Shown: positions 10,416-21,788, counted from the first letter of the stretch. The stretch: 32,000 bases of DNA from a cyanobacterium endosymbiont of Epithemia turgida isolate EtSB Lake Yunoko (GCF_000829235.1 NZ_AP012549.1:780001-812000); one strand, 5' to 3'. Translations and numbers: made by a program. The notes: generated from the letters alone by a model not told the origin.

Positions 10416-10950
10416 GAAATAAAGATAAAAAAATATGCTGTGTTTGGAATATTAGCGGTACCAAGTAAATTTTAAGTCAGATACTGTCAAAAATCATCAA
10501 TTTAACTTTTTAAAGCTAAAAGAAATTTAATATACTAATCTATGAGTTATTAACAAATTTAGCTGTCTAGAAACTATCTGGTTAAGATTATTACAAAAAG
10601 ATCCCTAGTCTATATTATTTTTCACTTACACTTAATGTATACATTTTTAGTGAGTAAAGAAACGATTTATCACTAGTATTTTTATTCCCCACAAGGGTAG
10701 ACTGAAAATAATTCCATCCTAAAAAGTTAAATCAACAGCTGCCGTATACTCTAGTCGTATCATAAAAGTTTCACTTCAAACATAGTTAGTTTATTATGCA
10801 TGCAAGAGAGAAACACTAAGAAAGTTTATAATTTTCAGTCTATTAAACGGATATCGTAATTCTTGAGTTAATTCAACCCGAGTTGAAAATAAATCCCTTA
10901 ACATAATATTGTTATTGTTAAATTAGAAATATTAAAGTCAAGAGAATCCT

Positions 10951-12063
10951 ATGGCTGAGTCTTATCTATTAGAAAAGTTACAATCTGTTGAACAAACCTA
11001 TAAGGAGTTAACCTACCGTCTAGCAGATCCTGACATCGCTACCAACCCTGATGAACTTCAACGGGTAGCTAAGGCACGTTCATCTTTAGAAAAAACTGTT
11101 CTTACTTATGAGACTTGGAAAGAAACTCAAAAGGAGTTAACAGGGGCTAAACAGATTCTTAAAGATGCTGGAGGTGATCTCGACATGAGAGAAATGGCGT
11201 CCCTAGAGGTGGAGGAGTTACAAAAAAAGTTAGAATATTTAGAACAAAAATTAAAAATCCTGTTACTTCCTCGTGATCCTAACGATGACAAGAATATTAT
11301 GCTAGAAATTCGCGCTGGTACTGGAGGAGATGAAGCCAGTATTTGGGCTGGAGATTTAGTGCGGATGTATTTTCGTTATGCAGAAGGTCAGAAATGGACG
11401 GTTAAGCTAGTGAGTGAGTCCCTCGCGGATATGGGTGGGTTTAAAGAAGTCATTCTTGAAATTAAAGGTGAACAAGTTTATAGCAAACTTAAATTTGAAG
11501 CCGGAGTTCATCGAGTACAACGCGTTCCTATGACAGAAGCGGGAGGACGGATTCACACTTCAACCGCAACGGTGGCAATTATGCCAGAAGTGGATGAAGT
11601 AGAAGTCGATATTGATCCTAAAGATATTGATATATCGACAGCACGTTCAGGGGGAGCAGGGGGACAGAATGTCAACAAGGTAGAAACGGCAGTAGATTTG
11701 TTTTATAAACCTTTGGGTATCCGTATCTTCTGTACGGAAGAGCGTTCGCAGCTACAAAATCGTGAACGGGCAATGCAAATTTTGCGGGCAAAGTTGTACG
11801 AAGTAAAGTTGCGGGAACAACAAAACGCTGTTAGTTCGATGCGTAAGTCTCAGGTAGGAACAGGGGCACGTTCTGAAAAAATTCGGACTTATAACTATAA
11901 AGACAATCGGATAACGGATCATCGTTTAGGTCAAAATTTTGCTCTTGGGGGGGTTTTGGAAGGAGATATTGAGGATATAATCCAAATTTGTATTAGTCAG
12001 GATCAACAGGAACGTTTAGAAGAATTAGCAGTTTCCCCAGAAATAGCTGAGGGAATCAATTAA
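10951..12063 (+). CDS. prfA: Peptide chain release factor 1
   Basis: 370 aa with the GGQ motif ([16 protein letters not shown]) and an RF1-type P-x-T tripeptide (VPMTE). Confidence 0.96.
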   Translation: MAESYLLEKLQSVEQTYKELTYRLADPDIATNPDELQRVAKARSSLEKTVLTYETWKETQKELTGAKQILKDAGGDLDMREMASLEVEELQKKLEYLEQKLKILLLPRDPNDDKNIMLEIRAGTGGDEASIWAGDLVRMYFRYAEGQKWTVKLVSESLADMGGFKEVILEIKGEQVYSKLKFEAGVHRVQRVPMTEAGGRIHTSTATVAIMPEVDEVEVDIDPKDIDISTARSGGAGGQNVNKVETAVDLFYKPLGIRIFCTEERSQLQNRERAMQILRAKLYEVKLREQQNAVSSMRKSQVGTGARSEKIRTYNYKDNRITDHRLGQNFALGGVLEGDIEDIIQICISQDQQERLEELAVSPEIAEGIN

Positions 12064-12084
12064 TCAGGTTGATAATGTCTAATT

Positions 12085-12432
12085 GTGATACAAATCACTC
12101 ACTATCTTCACGCCGCCATTATTATTTCTAATTTAGAAAAATCTGAGTATTTTTATAGCTAACTTCTAAAATTTAAAATGGTTTATTTTATCCTTATGCC
12201 AGAGTTTAGTATCAATTAGAAGACTATCAACCTCAATATAAATTGTCGACAGTAATTTTGCTGCAATTTTATGCAATAAAGAGAAATTATACTGAAAACA
12301 TCACATTACTTTGCGGTTGAAAATCTTAGTAAAACGATATGAAGGTTAGAAAGTGCTGATTATTCGATTAATGAAAATAGTTCGGAAAAAGTTATTTTTA
12401 TTATCAGAAACTCTAATAGAAATTTGGTTTAA
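12085..12432 (+). pseudogene. Eroded VOC (glyoxalase/bleomycin-resistance/dioxygenase) family gene
   Basis: A single frame from GTG 12085 reads VIQITHYLHAAIIISNLEKSEYFYS*LLKFKMVYFILMPEFSIN*KTINLNINCRQ*FCCNFMQ*REIILKTSHYFAVENLSKTI*RLESADYSINENSSEKVIFIIRNSNRNLV*. Internal stops lie at 12160, 12217, 12253, 12277 and 12340. The N-terminal ITHxLHxAI..LEKSE.FY, the central HxFAVENL and the C-terminal ...F..(D)P(D)GN..-like blocks follow the VOC layout across about 115 codons. Confidence 0.75.
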
Positions 12433-13203
12433 ATTAGTAAATTCTAGAATACTTTTATAAATAAACATCAACAATAGAATCTGCTTATCCTACGGGATAA
12501 TAATATTTATCCTTTATCTTTGTTAAAGACAGTATACATAACGTAGTCATTTCCTTAAGTATTAGGGACAAATAATACTCCCAAAGGTTTTTAAAAACCT
12601 GTATTTTACAGCCAATAATTAAGAAAGTAAAGTTGGTATATTTCAATATTTTTTAAATAAATAGTATTATATAACAATATTCAGTACGTAATATAAAGAA
12701 AAAAATACATGAATACTATATTTATTCGTTAAAAATAAAATTATTAAACACTAGTTAATATTTAAACATATCTCACTTTAAGTCTCTCTAGCAATCTTAA
12801 TAAAGATTATATATATTTAGGCTAATAAGGACACGTGATTATTAGTTGATTTAAAACATACTATTTTTTGTTAATTTAAAAGAGGTTTTAAACATGCATT
12901 CATATTATTTTTTTTAAAAATAGCTACCAAGTAAACTATTCGTCAATTTATTTATAAATTTTATTTTTTAAACATACAAGTAAAAAAAGTTAAAAACCAA
13001 AAAAGTATAGAATCTATCATAAATCTATCAATCACTAAAATTAGATTAGTCATGGTCACTTATGGATTAAATTTCACTTTTTAAAATCATTAAATTTAGC
13101 TTAAAAGACGGACATTGCCACAAACTTTATATTTTTTAGAGAAAAAATAGTTATTACTGTTTTAGATTAAACTAGGTCAAATTGTATATCTAAGATCCTA
13201 TAA

Positions 13204-14154
13204 ATGACACGTCATTATCATCATACTAACTCTCACTATAAACAGCCTACTGCAAGTAATGGACATCATCATAATCCTACTAGTTACAATCGTGCCTTTG
13301 CGCTTGGGTTACTGCTTAATATAAGTTTTGTATTAATTGAGTTTATAGGAGGGTTTCTCTCCAACTCAATTGCCTTGACGGCGGATGCAGGACATAATTT
13401 AAGTGATGTTTTAGGGCTAATTTTAGCCTGGATAGCTAGTTTAGTCGCCGGCCGCCAACCATCAAGTCGAAAGACTTATGGTTGGCGAAAATCATCAATT
13501 CTAGCCGCATTTTTGAATGCAGTATCTTTATTACTAGTAACAGGAGGAATAGCTTGCGAGGCACTTGAGCGATTATTCTATCCTAGGGATGTGCAAGGTA
13601 GTCCAATTATTTGGATAGCAGCGATAGGTATTATTATTAATACTGGTACTGCCTTAATGTTTCTCTCCGGTCGTCGAAATGATATTAACATCAAGTCCGC
13701 ATTCTCCCATATGATAGCCGATGCTATGCTATCGGTTGGGGTTGTTTTGGCAGGAATTGTAATTCTCCTAACCCATTGGTATTGGCTAGATCCAGCCTTT
13801 AGCTTAATTATTAGTATATTGATTATTGTCAACACCTGGCAACTGTTAAAAGAGTCTTTTCACTTAGTAGTTGATGGAGTTCCTACTAAAATTAATGAGC
13901 GTGCTGTTTACACTTATTTGTCTGAATTTCCAGGGGTAACTCAAATTCATGACTTACATATTTGGGGAATGAGTACCACAGAAACTGCCTTGACAGCACA
14001 TTTGATTATTCCTCAAGGTCATCCAGGTGACAAATTTTTATTCCAAATTTGTCAGGAGTTACATAATAACTTTGGTATCGATCACTCAACAATACAAGTT
14101 GAATTAGGCGATTCACAATATCCTTGTATATTAGAACCAGCAGAGAAAGTTTAA
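13204..14154 (+). CDS. Cation diffusion facilitator family metal (Zn/Co/Cd) efflux transporter, CzcD/ZitB-like
   Basis: 316 aa with a His-rich N-terminus (HYHH...GHHH), six predicted TM segments, the TM2 motif ALTADAGHNLSDV and the TM5 motif HMIADA, plus a cytoplasmic C-terminal domain (IHDLHIWGMS). Confidence 0.88.
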   Translation: MTRHYHHTNSHYKQPTASNGHHHNPTSYNRAFALGLLLNISFVLIEFIGGFLSNSIALTADAGHNLSDVLGLILAWIASLVAGRQPSSRKTYGWRKSSILAAFLNAVSLLLVTGGIACEALERLFYPRDVQGSPIIWIAAIGIIINTGTALMFLSGRRNDINIKSAFSHMIADAMLSVGVVLAGIVILLTHWYWLDPAFSLIISILIIVNTWQLLKESFHLVVDGVPTKINERAVYTYLSEFPGVTQIHDLHIWGMSTTETALTAHLIIPQGHPGDKFLFQICQELHNNFGIDHSTIQVELGDSQYPCILEPAEKV

Positions 14155-14220
14155 TAGAAAATAATCAAGATTTTTGATTTATAAACAATCAATTAAAAAC
14201 CTATTTTTAAGGAGAATTGT

Positions 14221-16908
14221 ATGTCTTTTGTTGGTTTACATATTCACAGTGAATATAGTCTACTTGATGGAGCGTCTCAACTCAATGCTTTAGTTGATCG
14301 TGCTTTGGAATTAGAAATGCCAGCTATTGCTCTAACTGATCATGGAGTAATGTATGGAGTGATCGAACTCATGAAAGTTTGCCGTAATAAAGGAATTAAA
14401 CCAATTATCGGCAATGAAATGTATGTTATTAATGAAGATATTGAAGTTAATAAACGCCATAAAAGATATCATCAAGTTATCTTGGCTAAAAATACCCAAG
14501 GCTATAGAAATTTAGTAAAGTTAACCACTATATCTCACCTCAAGGGTATTCAGGGAAAGGGGATTTTTTCTCGCCCTTGTATTAATAAAAAATTATTAGA
14601 GCAATATCATGAAGGGTTAATTGTTACTAGTGCTTGTATAGGAGGGGAAATTCCTCAAAAAATTTTATCAGGAGATTTTAAAGAGGCTCAACGGATTGCT
14701 AAATGGTATCAAAAGTTGTTCAAAGATGATTTTTACTTAGAAATCCAAGATCATGGTTCACAAGAAGATCGGATTGTTAATCGAGAAATTATCAAAATTG
14801 CTGATGAATTAGACATTAAAATTATTGCAACTAATGACTCTCATTTTATCTCCTGCTATGACGTAGAAGCTCATGACGCATTACTTTGTATTCAAACACA
14901 AAAGTTAATTACAGAAGATAAACGGCTTAGATATAGTGGAACTGAATATCTTAAATCTGCAGAAGAAATGAGATTATTATTCCGAGATCATCTTCCTAAG
15001 AGTGTGATTGAAGACGCAATAAATAATACTTTAGAAGTTGCTAATAAAATTGAACATTATAAAAATATTTTTGGAGAACCTCGTATTCCTAATTATCCTG
15101 TTTCTTCAGGACATAATCCTGATAGTTATATTGAAAAAATAGCTTGGGAAGGGTTGATAGAAAGGCTAAAATGTCGTTCTCGTAAAGAAATCTCAGACAA
15201 TTATAAGGAAAGATTAGGATATGAATTGAAAATGTTGCAAAAAATGGGATTTTCTAGTTATTTTTTAGTAGTTTGGGATTATATTAAATATGCAAGAGAT
15301 CACAAAATTCCTGTGGGACCTGGAAGAGGATCTGCTGCAGGTTCTTTAGTTGCTTATTCTTTAAAAATAACTAATATAGATCCAGTTCATCACGGACTTT
15401 TATTTGAAAGATTTTTAAATCCTGAACGAAAATCTATGCCTGATATTGATACAGATTTCTGTATTGAAAGACGAGATGAAATGATTAAATATGTCACCGA
15501 AAAATATGGAGAAGCCAATGTTGCTCAAATTATTACTTTTAACCGCATGACTTCTAAAGCTGTTTTAAAAGATGTAGCTAGAGTGTTAAATATTCCCTAT
15601 GCAGACTCCGATAAAATGGCGAAAATGATTCCAGTTTTACGTGGAAAACCCACTAAATTAAAAGCAATGATTTCTAATGAGACACCAGAGCCAAAATTTA
15701 AAGAAGCTTATGATAATCAAGAAGTAGATATTAAAGATGATAAAAAAAATGTGATTGGTAAAATCCCTGTGCGTAATTGGGTGGATATGGCAATTCGCAT
15801 TGAAGGAACTAATAAGACCTTTGGAGTTCATGCTGCAGGTGTAGTTATTTCTTCTGAACCTTTAGACGAAATCGTACCTCTTCAAAGGAATAATGAAGGA
15901 GCAGTTATTACTCAGTATTTTATGGAAGATTTAGAGTCTCTAGGATTGTTAAAAATGGACTTTTTGGGGTTAAGAAATTTAACAACTATTCAGAAAACAG
16001 CAGATTTAATTAAGCAAAATAGAAATATAGACTTAGATTTAGATCAACTACCTTTAGAAGAAAGAAAAGCCTTACAAATCCTTGGTAAAGGAACTGCTAA
16101 AAAACTTCCCGATGATATAGACAAAACCTATAAACTTTTAGAAAGAGGGGACTTAGAAGGAATTTTTCAGTTAGAATCATCAGGAATGAAGCAGATCGTT
16201 AAAGAACTAAAACCATCAAAAATTGAAGATATTTCCGCTATTTTAGCTCTTTATCGTCCTGGTCCTTTGGATGCTGGACTTATTCCTAAATTTATTGCTC
16301 GTAAACATGGAAAAGAAGCGATTCAATATGAACATTTTTTATTAGAATCCATTCTTGAAGAAACCTATGCTGTCTTAGTTTATCAAGAACAAATCATGAA
16401 GATGGCGCAAGATTTAGCGGGTTATTCTTTAGGAGAAGCCGATTTATTACGTCGAGCAATGGGAAAAAAGAAAATCTCAGAAATGAAAAAGCATCGAGAG
16501 ATTTTTATTGATGGAGCGACTAAAAATGGAGTTTCTAGTAATGTTGCAGAAAATTTATACGAACAAATGGTTAAGTTTGCGGAATATTGCTTAAGTTATG
16601 ATACAGAAGTATTAACCGTCGAGTATGGAGCAATTCCCATCGGTAGAATGGTAGAGGAAAGTCTCGACTGTACTGTTTATACAGTAGACAAAAATGGTTT
16701 TGTTTACACTCAATCTATTCAACAATGGCATTCACGAGGTCAACAAGAAATATTTGAATATTGTTTTGAAGACGGTTCCATCATTCGAGCAACAAAAGAC
16801 CATAAATTTATGACTGCCGAAGGAAAAATGTCTTCTATCCATGATATCTTCGAACAAGGATTAGAGTTGAAGAAAATTATACCCTGGTCCGGTGATAACA
16901 AAAGCTAG
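14221..16908 (+). CDS. dnaE: DNA polymerase III alpha subunit, N-terminal split half fused to the DnaE N-intein
   Basis: 895 aa with an N-terminal PHP domain ([16 protein letters not shown]) and polymerase core motifs ([35 protein letters not shown]). The extein ends ...KFAEY and is followed by [14 protein letters not shown]. Confidence 0.95.
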   Translation: MSFVGLHIHSEYSLLDGASQLNALVDRALELEMPAIALTDHGVMYGVIELMKVCRNKGIKPIIGNEMYVINEDIEVNKRHKRYHQVILAKNTQGYRNLVKLTTISHLKGIQGKGIFSRPCINKKLLEQYHEGLIVTSACIGGEIPQKILSGDFKEAQRIAKWYQKLFKDDFYLEIQDHGSQEDRIVNREIIKIADELDIKIIATNDSHFISCYDVEAHDALLCIQTQKLITEDKRLRYSGTEYLKSAEEMRLLFRDHLPKSVIEDAINNTLEVANKIEHYKNIFGEPRIPNYPVSSGHNPDSYIEKIAWEGLIERLKCRSRKEISDNYKERLGYELKMLQKMGFSSYFLVVWDYIKYARDHKIPVGPGRGSAAGSLVAYSLKITNIDPVHHGLLFERFLNPERKSMPDIDTDFCIERRDEMIKYVTEKYGEANVAQIITFNRMTSKAVLKDVARVLNIPYADSDKMAKMIPVLRGKPTKLKAMISNETPEPKFKEAYDNQEVDIKDDKKNVIGKIPVRNWVDMAIRIEGTNKTFGVHAAGVVISSEPLDEIVPLQRNNEGAVITQYFMEDLESLGLLKMDFLGLRNLTTIQKTADLIKQNRNIDLDLDQLPLEERKALQILGKGTAKKLPDDIDKTYKLLERGDLEGIFQLESSGMKQIVKELKPSKIEDISAILALYRPGPLDAGLIPKFIARKHGKEAIQYEHFLLESILEETYAVLVYQEQIMKMAQDLAGYSLGEADLLRRAMGKKKISEMKKHREIFIDGATKNGVSSNVAENLYEQMVKFAEYCLSYDTEVLTVEYGAIPIGRMVEESLDCTVYTVDKNGFVYTQSIQQWHSRGQQEIFEYCFEDGSIIRATKDHKFMTAEGKMSSIHDIFEQGLELKKIIPWSGDNKS
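16588..16905 (+). other. Split DnaE intein, N-fragment (106 codons)
   Basis: Cys1 is TGC at 16588. Block A is [14 protein letters not shown] and block B is RATKDHKF (TxxH). It appears collinear, without indels, with the Nostoc punctiforme and Synechocystis DnaE N-intein sequences as I recall them. The ORF stops after the intein, so the C-half must be encoded elsewhere. Confidence 0.9.
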
Positions 16909-17090
16909 TCAAAAAGAAAACGATAATGAAAAGTTTTAGGGCTCTTCTAAACCGAGCAGCAAAGACTGACTGTATACTCTAAAACCTGTGAGGTAAAACA
17001 GGCAGCTTTTGTTTATTATTACCTTGTCTTGTCGGGGTCGGTCTTAGGAGAATCAGTTATGTCGACTCAATTATAATGCTTGGTTGTAGA

Positions 17091-17927
17091 TTACAAGCTA
17101 CTTAAATCTAAACTTTGTGCGGCTTCTGGCGTCAAGGGTAAATGCAATCCGCACTCCTGCTTAAGCCCGTGAAAACGACCATCTCGTTCGCTTTCATCTC
17201 CTGCTATCATAGGACGACTTGAATGCCAATCTCCAACTGACACATATCCTTGGTTAAAATAGGGATGATAGGGCAAATTGTGGACTGTCAAATACTGATA
17301 AATATCACGGGAGTCCCAATGCAAAATGGGGTGAACCTTATAATAGTTTCCTTGTTGTTCTACCCGTTTTAAAGATTCCCGATGACTCGTTTGAGTCCGA
17401 CGTAAACCTGCTAACCAAGCTGTAGCATTTAACTCAAGTAATGCCCTTTGCATTGGCTCTACCTTGCGAATATGATCATATAGGTCAAGAGATTCTAAAT
17501 CCTTTTTATCCCACAGTTTCCCATAAAGAGCTTCCATACGTCCTGGGGTAAGAGGAGATTGATATATTTTCAAATTAAGGTTTAACTGTCTGCTTAATTC
17601 TTCAGCAAAACGATAGGTTTCCGCCGGAAGATACCCAGTGTCAACCCAAATCACCAGAATATGAGGGATAACTTGAGTTACTAAATGGAGCATAACTGCC
17701 GCTTGGATACCAAAGCTGGTACTCATCACTAATCCATCCCCGAATGTATTGGCAGACCACTCAACTACATTTTGGGCACTCTTATTAGATAGGAGTTGAT
17801 TGGTTGTTTGTAAATCAAGATTAGGTTTAAGAATTTTGAGAGTGTGATGTGGTTTATAACCCTGAACAAAGATAGCTTGAGTACCATTTACTTGCATTTG
17901 GGAGTTAAGCAGATCAATATGGGGCAT
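17091..17927 (-). CDS. cysH: Phosphoadenosine phosphosulfate (PAPS) reductase, thioredoxin-dependent type
   Basis: 278 aa with a C-terminal ECGLH motif. [10 protein letters not shown] lacks the preceding CC pair, and [11 protein letters not shown] replaces CxxC, so the APS-reductase Fe-S cysteines are absent. Confidence 0.88.
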   Translation of the reverse strand: MPHIDLLNSQMQVNGTQAIFVQGYKPHHTLKILKPNLDLQTTNQLLSNKSAQNVVEWSANTFGDGLVMSTSFGIQAAVMLHLVTQVIPHILVIWVDTGYLPAETYRFAEELSRQLNLNLKIYQSPLTPGRMEALYGKLWDKKDLESLDLYDHIRKVEPMQRALLELNATAWLAGLRRTQTSHRESLKRVEQQGNYYKVHPILHWDSRDIYQYLTVHNLPYHPYFNQGYVSVGDWHSSRPMIAGDESERDGRFHGLKQECGLHLPLTPEAAQSLDLSSL

Positions 17928-18001
17928 TTGGTAACTTTTTCTCTGGTGTTCAACAATCTTAACGTTAAATAATGGTATCCATCAAAGTTGAACGATACCA
18001 A

Positions 18002-18045
18002 CAAATCCTCTTAACAATTGCTAGCGCAATTGTTAAGAGGATTTG
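18002..18045. repeat. Perfect 20-bp inverted repeat with a 4-nt spacer
   Basis: CAAATCCTCTTAACAATTGC (18002-18021), TAGC, then GCAATTGTTAAGAGGATTTG (18026-18045). All 20 pairs were checked by hand. It lies 75-118 nt upstream of the cysH start codon. Confidence 0.9.
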
Positions 18046-18400
18046 GCGATTTGATATCTAGGTTTTGTATTTTTCTATCTGAAAGAGAGATTTTAACCAA
18101 AATTTAGTACAGTTATTCGTCTATTCTATCCTAGTTCCTGAAAGGACAACTACTGTAACTAATTCATTAGCTTTTTTAAGATTGAACTTTACCAAAATAT
18201 TTAATCGATAGACCCAAGAGTCATTGAGCGATATGATTATCTAGAAACTGTAACTGATTTAACTTAAGTTGACAAACCTACTTAAATCGATCATGTTGCA
18301 GAAAACACTCTACTGTCGGATAGTTAGTGGAAGTTCAACAAATACCTGTAGAGGGGAATTTGGAACGAGTTCAGAAACCTTGTTTTCTGAACAAGACAAA

Positions 18401-18440
18401 CTTAATAAAACAAGAATCCCGCAGGGTTCTACCTGCGGGA
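18401..18440 (-). terminator. Terminator-like hairpin oriented on the minus strand, with no visible minus-strand gene feeding it
   Basis: TCCCGCAGG (18417-18425) pairs with CCTGCGGGA (18432-18440) around a 6-nt loop. Read on the minus strand, it is followed by TTCTTGTTTTATTAAG (18416-18401). Confidence 0.4.
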
Positions 18441-18464
18441 ATATCGGTTAAACATAAACTTTAG

Positions 18465-19749
<1,285 letters not shown>

Positions 19750-19984
19750 TCAGTCAGGTACTATGTATATATACTTGCCTGAAGTCAGTATCAGTAGGGG
19801 ATTGATCTCATCAATTAAGCTCCTACTGGAATAGAAACTTTATCAAACAAAATCAATCTTCTGCTTTTTGAAAACAGGAGGCGTCGGAGTTGATGATTTA
19901 ACTGAAAAAATAATTAAATAATTCATTTTATGAATAAATATCCATAAAATTCATAGCGGTTACGATCGCTGTTAAATTTGCTTA

Positions 19985-20021
19985 ATCACTCCATTCCATC
20001 ACTCCATTCCATCACTCCATT
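19985..20021. repeat. Tandem repeat, 13-nt unit ATCACTCCATTCC, about 2.8 copies
   Basis: Read directly: atcactccattcc atcactccattcc atcactccatt, with no mismatches. It lies in the frr-yggT spacer. Confidence 0.9.
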
Positions 20022-20399
20022 GAGGATTGCCTTTACTTGAATCAGAGTATTTAATATAGAATGTCAAGATCATCCCTTTAAATTGGCTGGAGAGAAGTCA
20101 CCAAAAGCAGTTACAAGTCTTCTGCTATTTGTTATATGGTGACAAGAAAAGCTAAAAAAATATTAGGGAAAACTGTTTATTATACTGTTATTTTTAGACA
20201 AATTTTAAACACGAACAATGAATCAGTATTTTGATATTAAATTACTAGAGTTCCCCCAGGGGTCAGCAAGTTTAAACTAAGGATTACGATTCCAGCCAAT
20301 TAACTGACCCCTTAAATTAAGGTAATTTAAAGCCTCCGTCTTCAACACCAAAATGACCTCTATTTTCTATAAAAGTGAAGCCTATAATAGTTACTTAAG

Positions 20400-20669
20400 C
20401 TAGAAGAGAGCGGGAACTTGGGTCAGTATCGAAGAAATAAATTGTAATGCTAAAATTGCTAAAAGGGAAGACATGTCCAAGCCACCCAAGGGAGGGATAA
20501 TAGATCGAAAAATATTGAGATAGGGGTCAGTAATAGGGCTTAGAAAAGCCATTATACTGTAAGCCCATTCAGCAGTTTGGAACCAAGAGAGTAAGATTCT
20601 AATAAATATCAACAGTAAATATATGTTGATGAAGTTGATCAAAGTTTCAGTAATTAACGCAGTGGCCAT
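20400..20669 (-). CDS. YggT/Ycf19 family small membrane protein
   Basis: 89 aa with two TM segments and the central motif LSPITDPYLNIFRSIIPPLGGLDMSSLLA, typical of the YGGT family. Confidence 0.85.
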   Translation of the reverse strand: MATALITETLINFINIYLLLIFIRILLSWFQTAEWAYSIMAFLSPITDPYLNIFRSIIPPLGGLDMSSLLAILALQFISSILTQVPALF

Positions 20670-21149
20670 AAGTTACAATCCTCTTTAATTAATTGATCAT
20701 TGTTGTACAGGTTGATCTTATATCCAATTTGATTCTTCAATCACAGATTAAGGGGAACACCTCCCTTGATTGAGTTGATCACGATTATATCAAAAGCCGC
20801 TTGAAACAGTTCTCTAAGTAAGTTTTATTTTATCTGACACTTAAACTTTTTCTCCATCAGTCTTATCCTTTAAGTATTTTATAGTCGGTTTCATTATTTT
20901 CTTCATATCTTTAAAGCCGATATTTGCAATAATTTAATCGATAATTTGGACAATTTCGTAATATATGGACCTTGATTTACATTTTTTTCTAAAGCAGTTT
21001 TACAAGGTACAGTTTTAAAAGAATCTATAAACTACTTTAGCCTAGTTAAGAGCTATTGCAAATTCGTTTTGGCAACTGAAAAAATAGAACAGTTCACTGT
21101 ATTAGTTGCCATGATGAACTGGTTCAAAAAGGTTTTTAAATGAGTAAAT

Positions 21150-21788
21150 TTAATTACTGGGAGTTTTAGCTGTCGAAGAAGTTCCAAGAGGCACATCAAC
21201 AAATCCCAATTCATACAACTGCTGATAACATTTTTTTCCTAAATCAGTTGTGGGGTTTTGGGAACGAATGACTTGAACCAACAAAGGAACAGCCAATTCC
21301 GGTTTGTCTTGTGATCGGTGAACAAGAGCTAATTGATAAGTAGCAGAATCTCTCATCTGACCTGTTTTTAGTGCGCTATTACGTTGAGATTCATAAATAT
21401 TATTATCAATTCCGGCAAAACTCTTGGCTAGTTGTAAATAGAAATTAGACAACTGATTAAAAATCTTGCGAGCTTGCTGGAGTTTACTAGTTGCTTGGTC
21501 ATAGTTTTCAGCATTAACAGCTTCATTAGCCTCTAAAACGAGTCTTTGAGCTCCTTGTGAGCTAAGTAAACTGTCAGCTTGAGTCAGGGGACGCAAGTTA
21601 GTAGGATCACTGGGATCTTCATCTGTGATTTCCCCTCCATTATCTGGGGTAGCTCCAAGCACCGCACCATTATCCTGGCTAACAGGGGGCGTTTGAGCTT
21701 GTATTGGATGTGATTGGGTGATTCCCAAGGCTAATAAGGCAACCATTAGACGATTCAAACTAAAGCAGCGCATTAACACCTTTAACAT
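21150..21788 (-). CDS. Hypothetical secreted protein, helical and TPR-like
   Basis: The ORF is open from TTG 21824. ATG 21788 gives a plausible signal peptide (MLKVLMRCFSLNRLMVALLALGITQSHPIQAQ). I recognise no family. Confidence 0.6.
   Translation of the reverse strand: MLKVLMRCFSLNRLMVALLALGITQSHPIQAQTPPVSQDNGAVLGATPDNGGEITDEDPSDPTNLRPLTQADSLLSSQGAQRLVLEANEAVNAENYDQATSKLQQARKIFNQLSNFYLQLAKSFAGIDNNIYESQRNSALKTGQMRDSATYQLALVHRSQDKPELAVPLLVQVIRSQNPTTDLGKKCYQQLYELGFVDVPLGTSSTAKTPSN

Noticed and set aside
16985-17020. Bidirectional terminator between the convergent dnaE-N and cysH genes (CCTGT...ACAGG flanked by AAAA and TTTTG)
   Set aside because: The stem is only 5 bp with an 8-nt loop, which is too weak to call with confidence.
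18269-18451. 60-aa TTG-initiated ORF upstream of pyrH
   Set aside because: It is composed largely of the two hairpin elements and has no coding signature. The region is better explained as structured non-coding sequence.
20258-20312. AGGGGTCAG...CTGACCCCT long-range stem as the yggT terminator or a tRNA-like gene
   Set aside because: The loop is 37 nt and there is no U-tract on the minus strand after it. I could find no cloverleaf or T-arm consensus. It is noted only as an unexplained GC-rich patch.
21111-21143. 10-codon ORF MMNWFKKVFK converging on the 21150 gene
   Set aside because: It is too short, with no SD and no known family. Such ORFs are common by chance.
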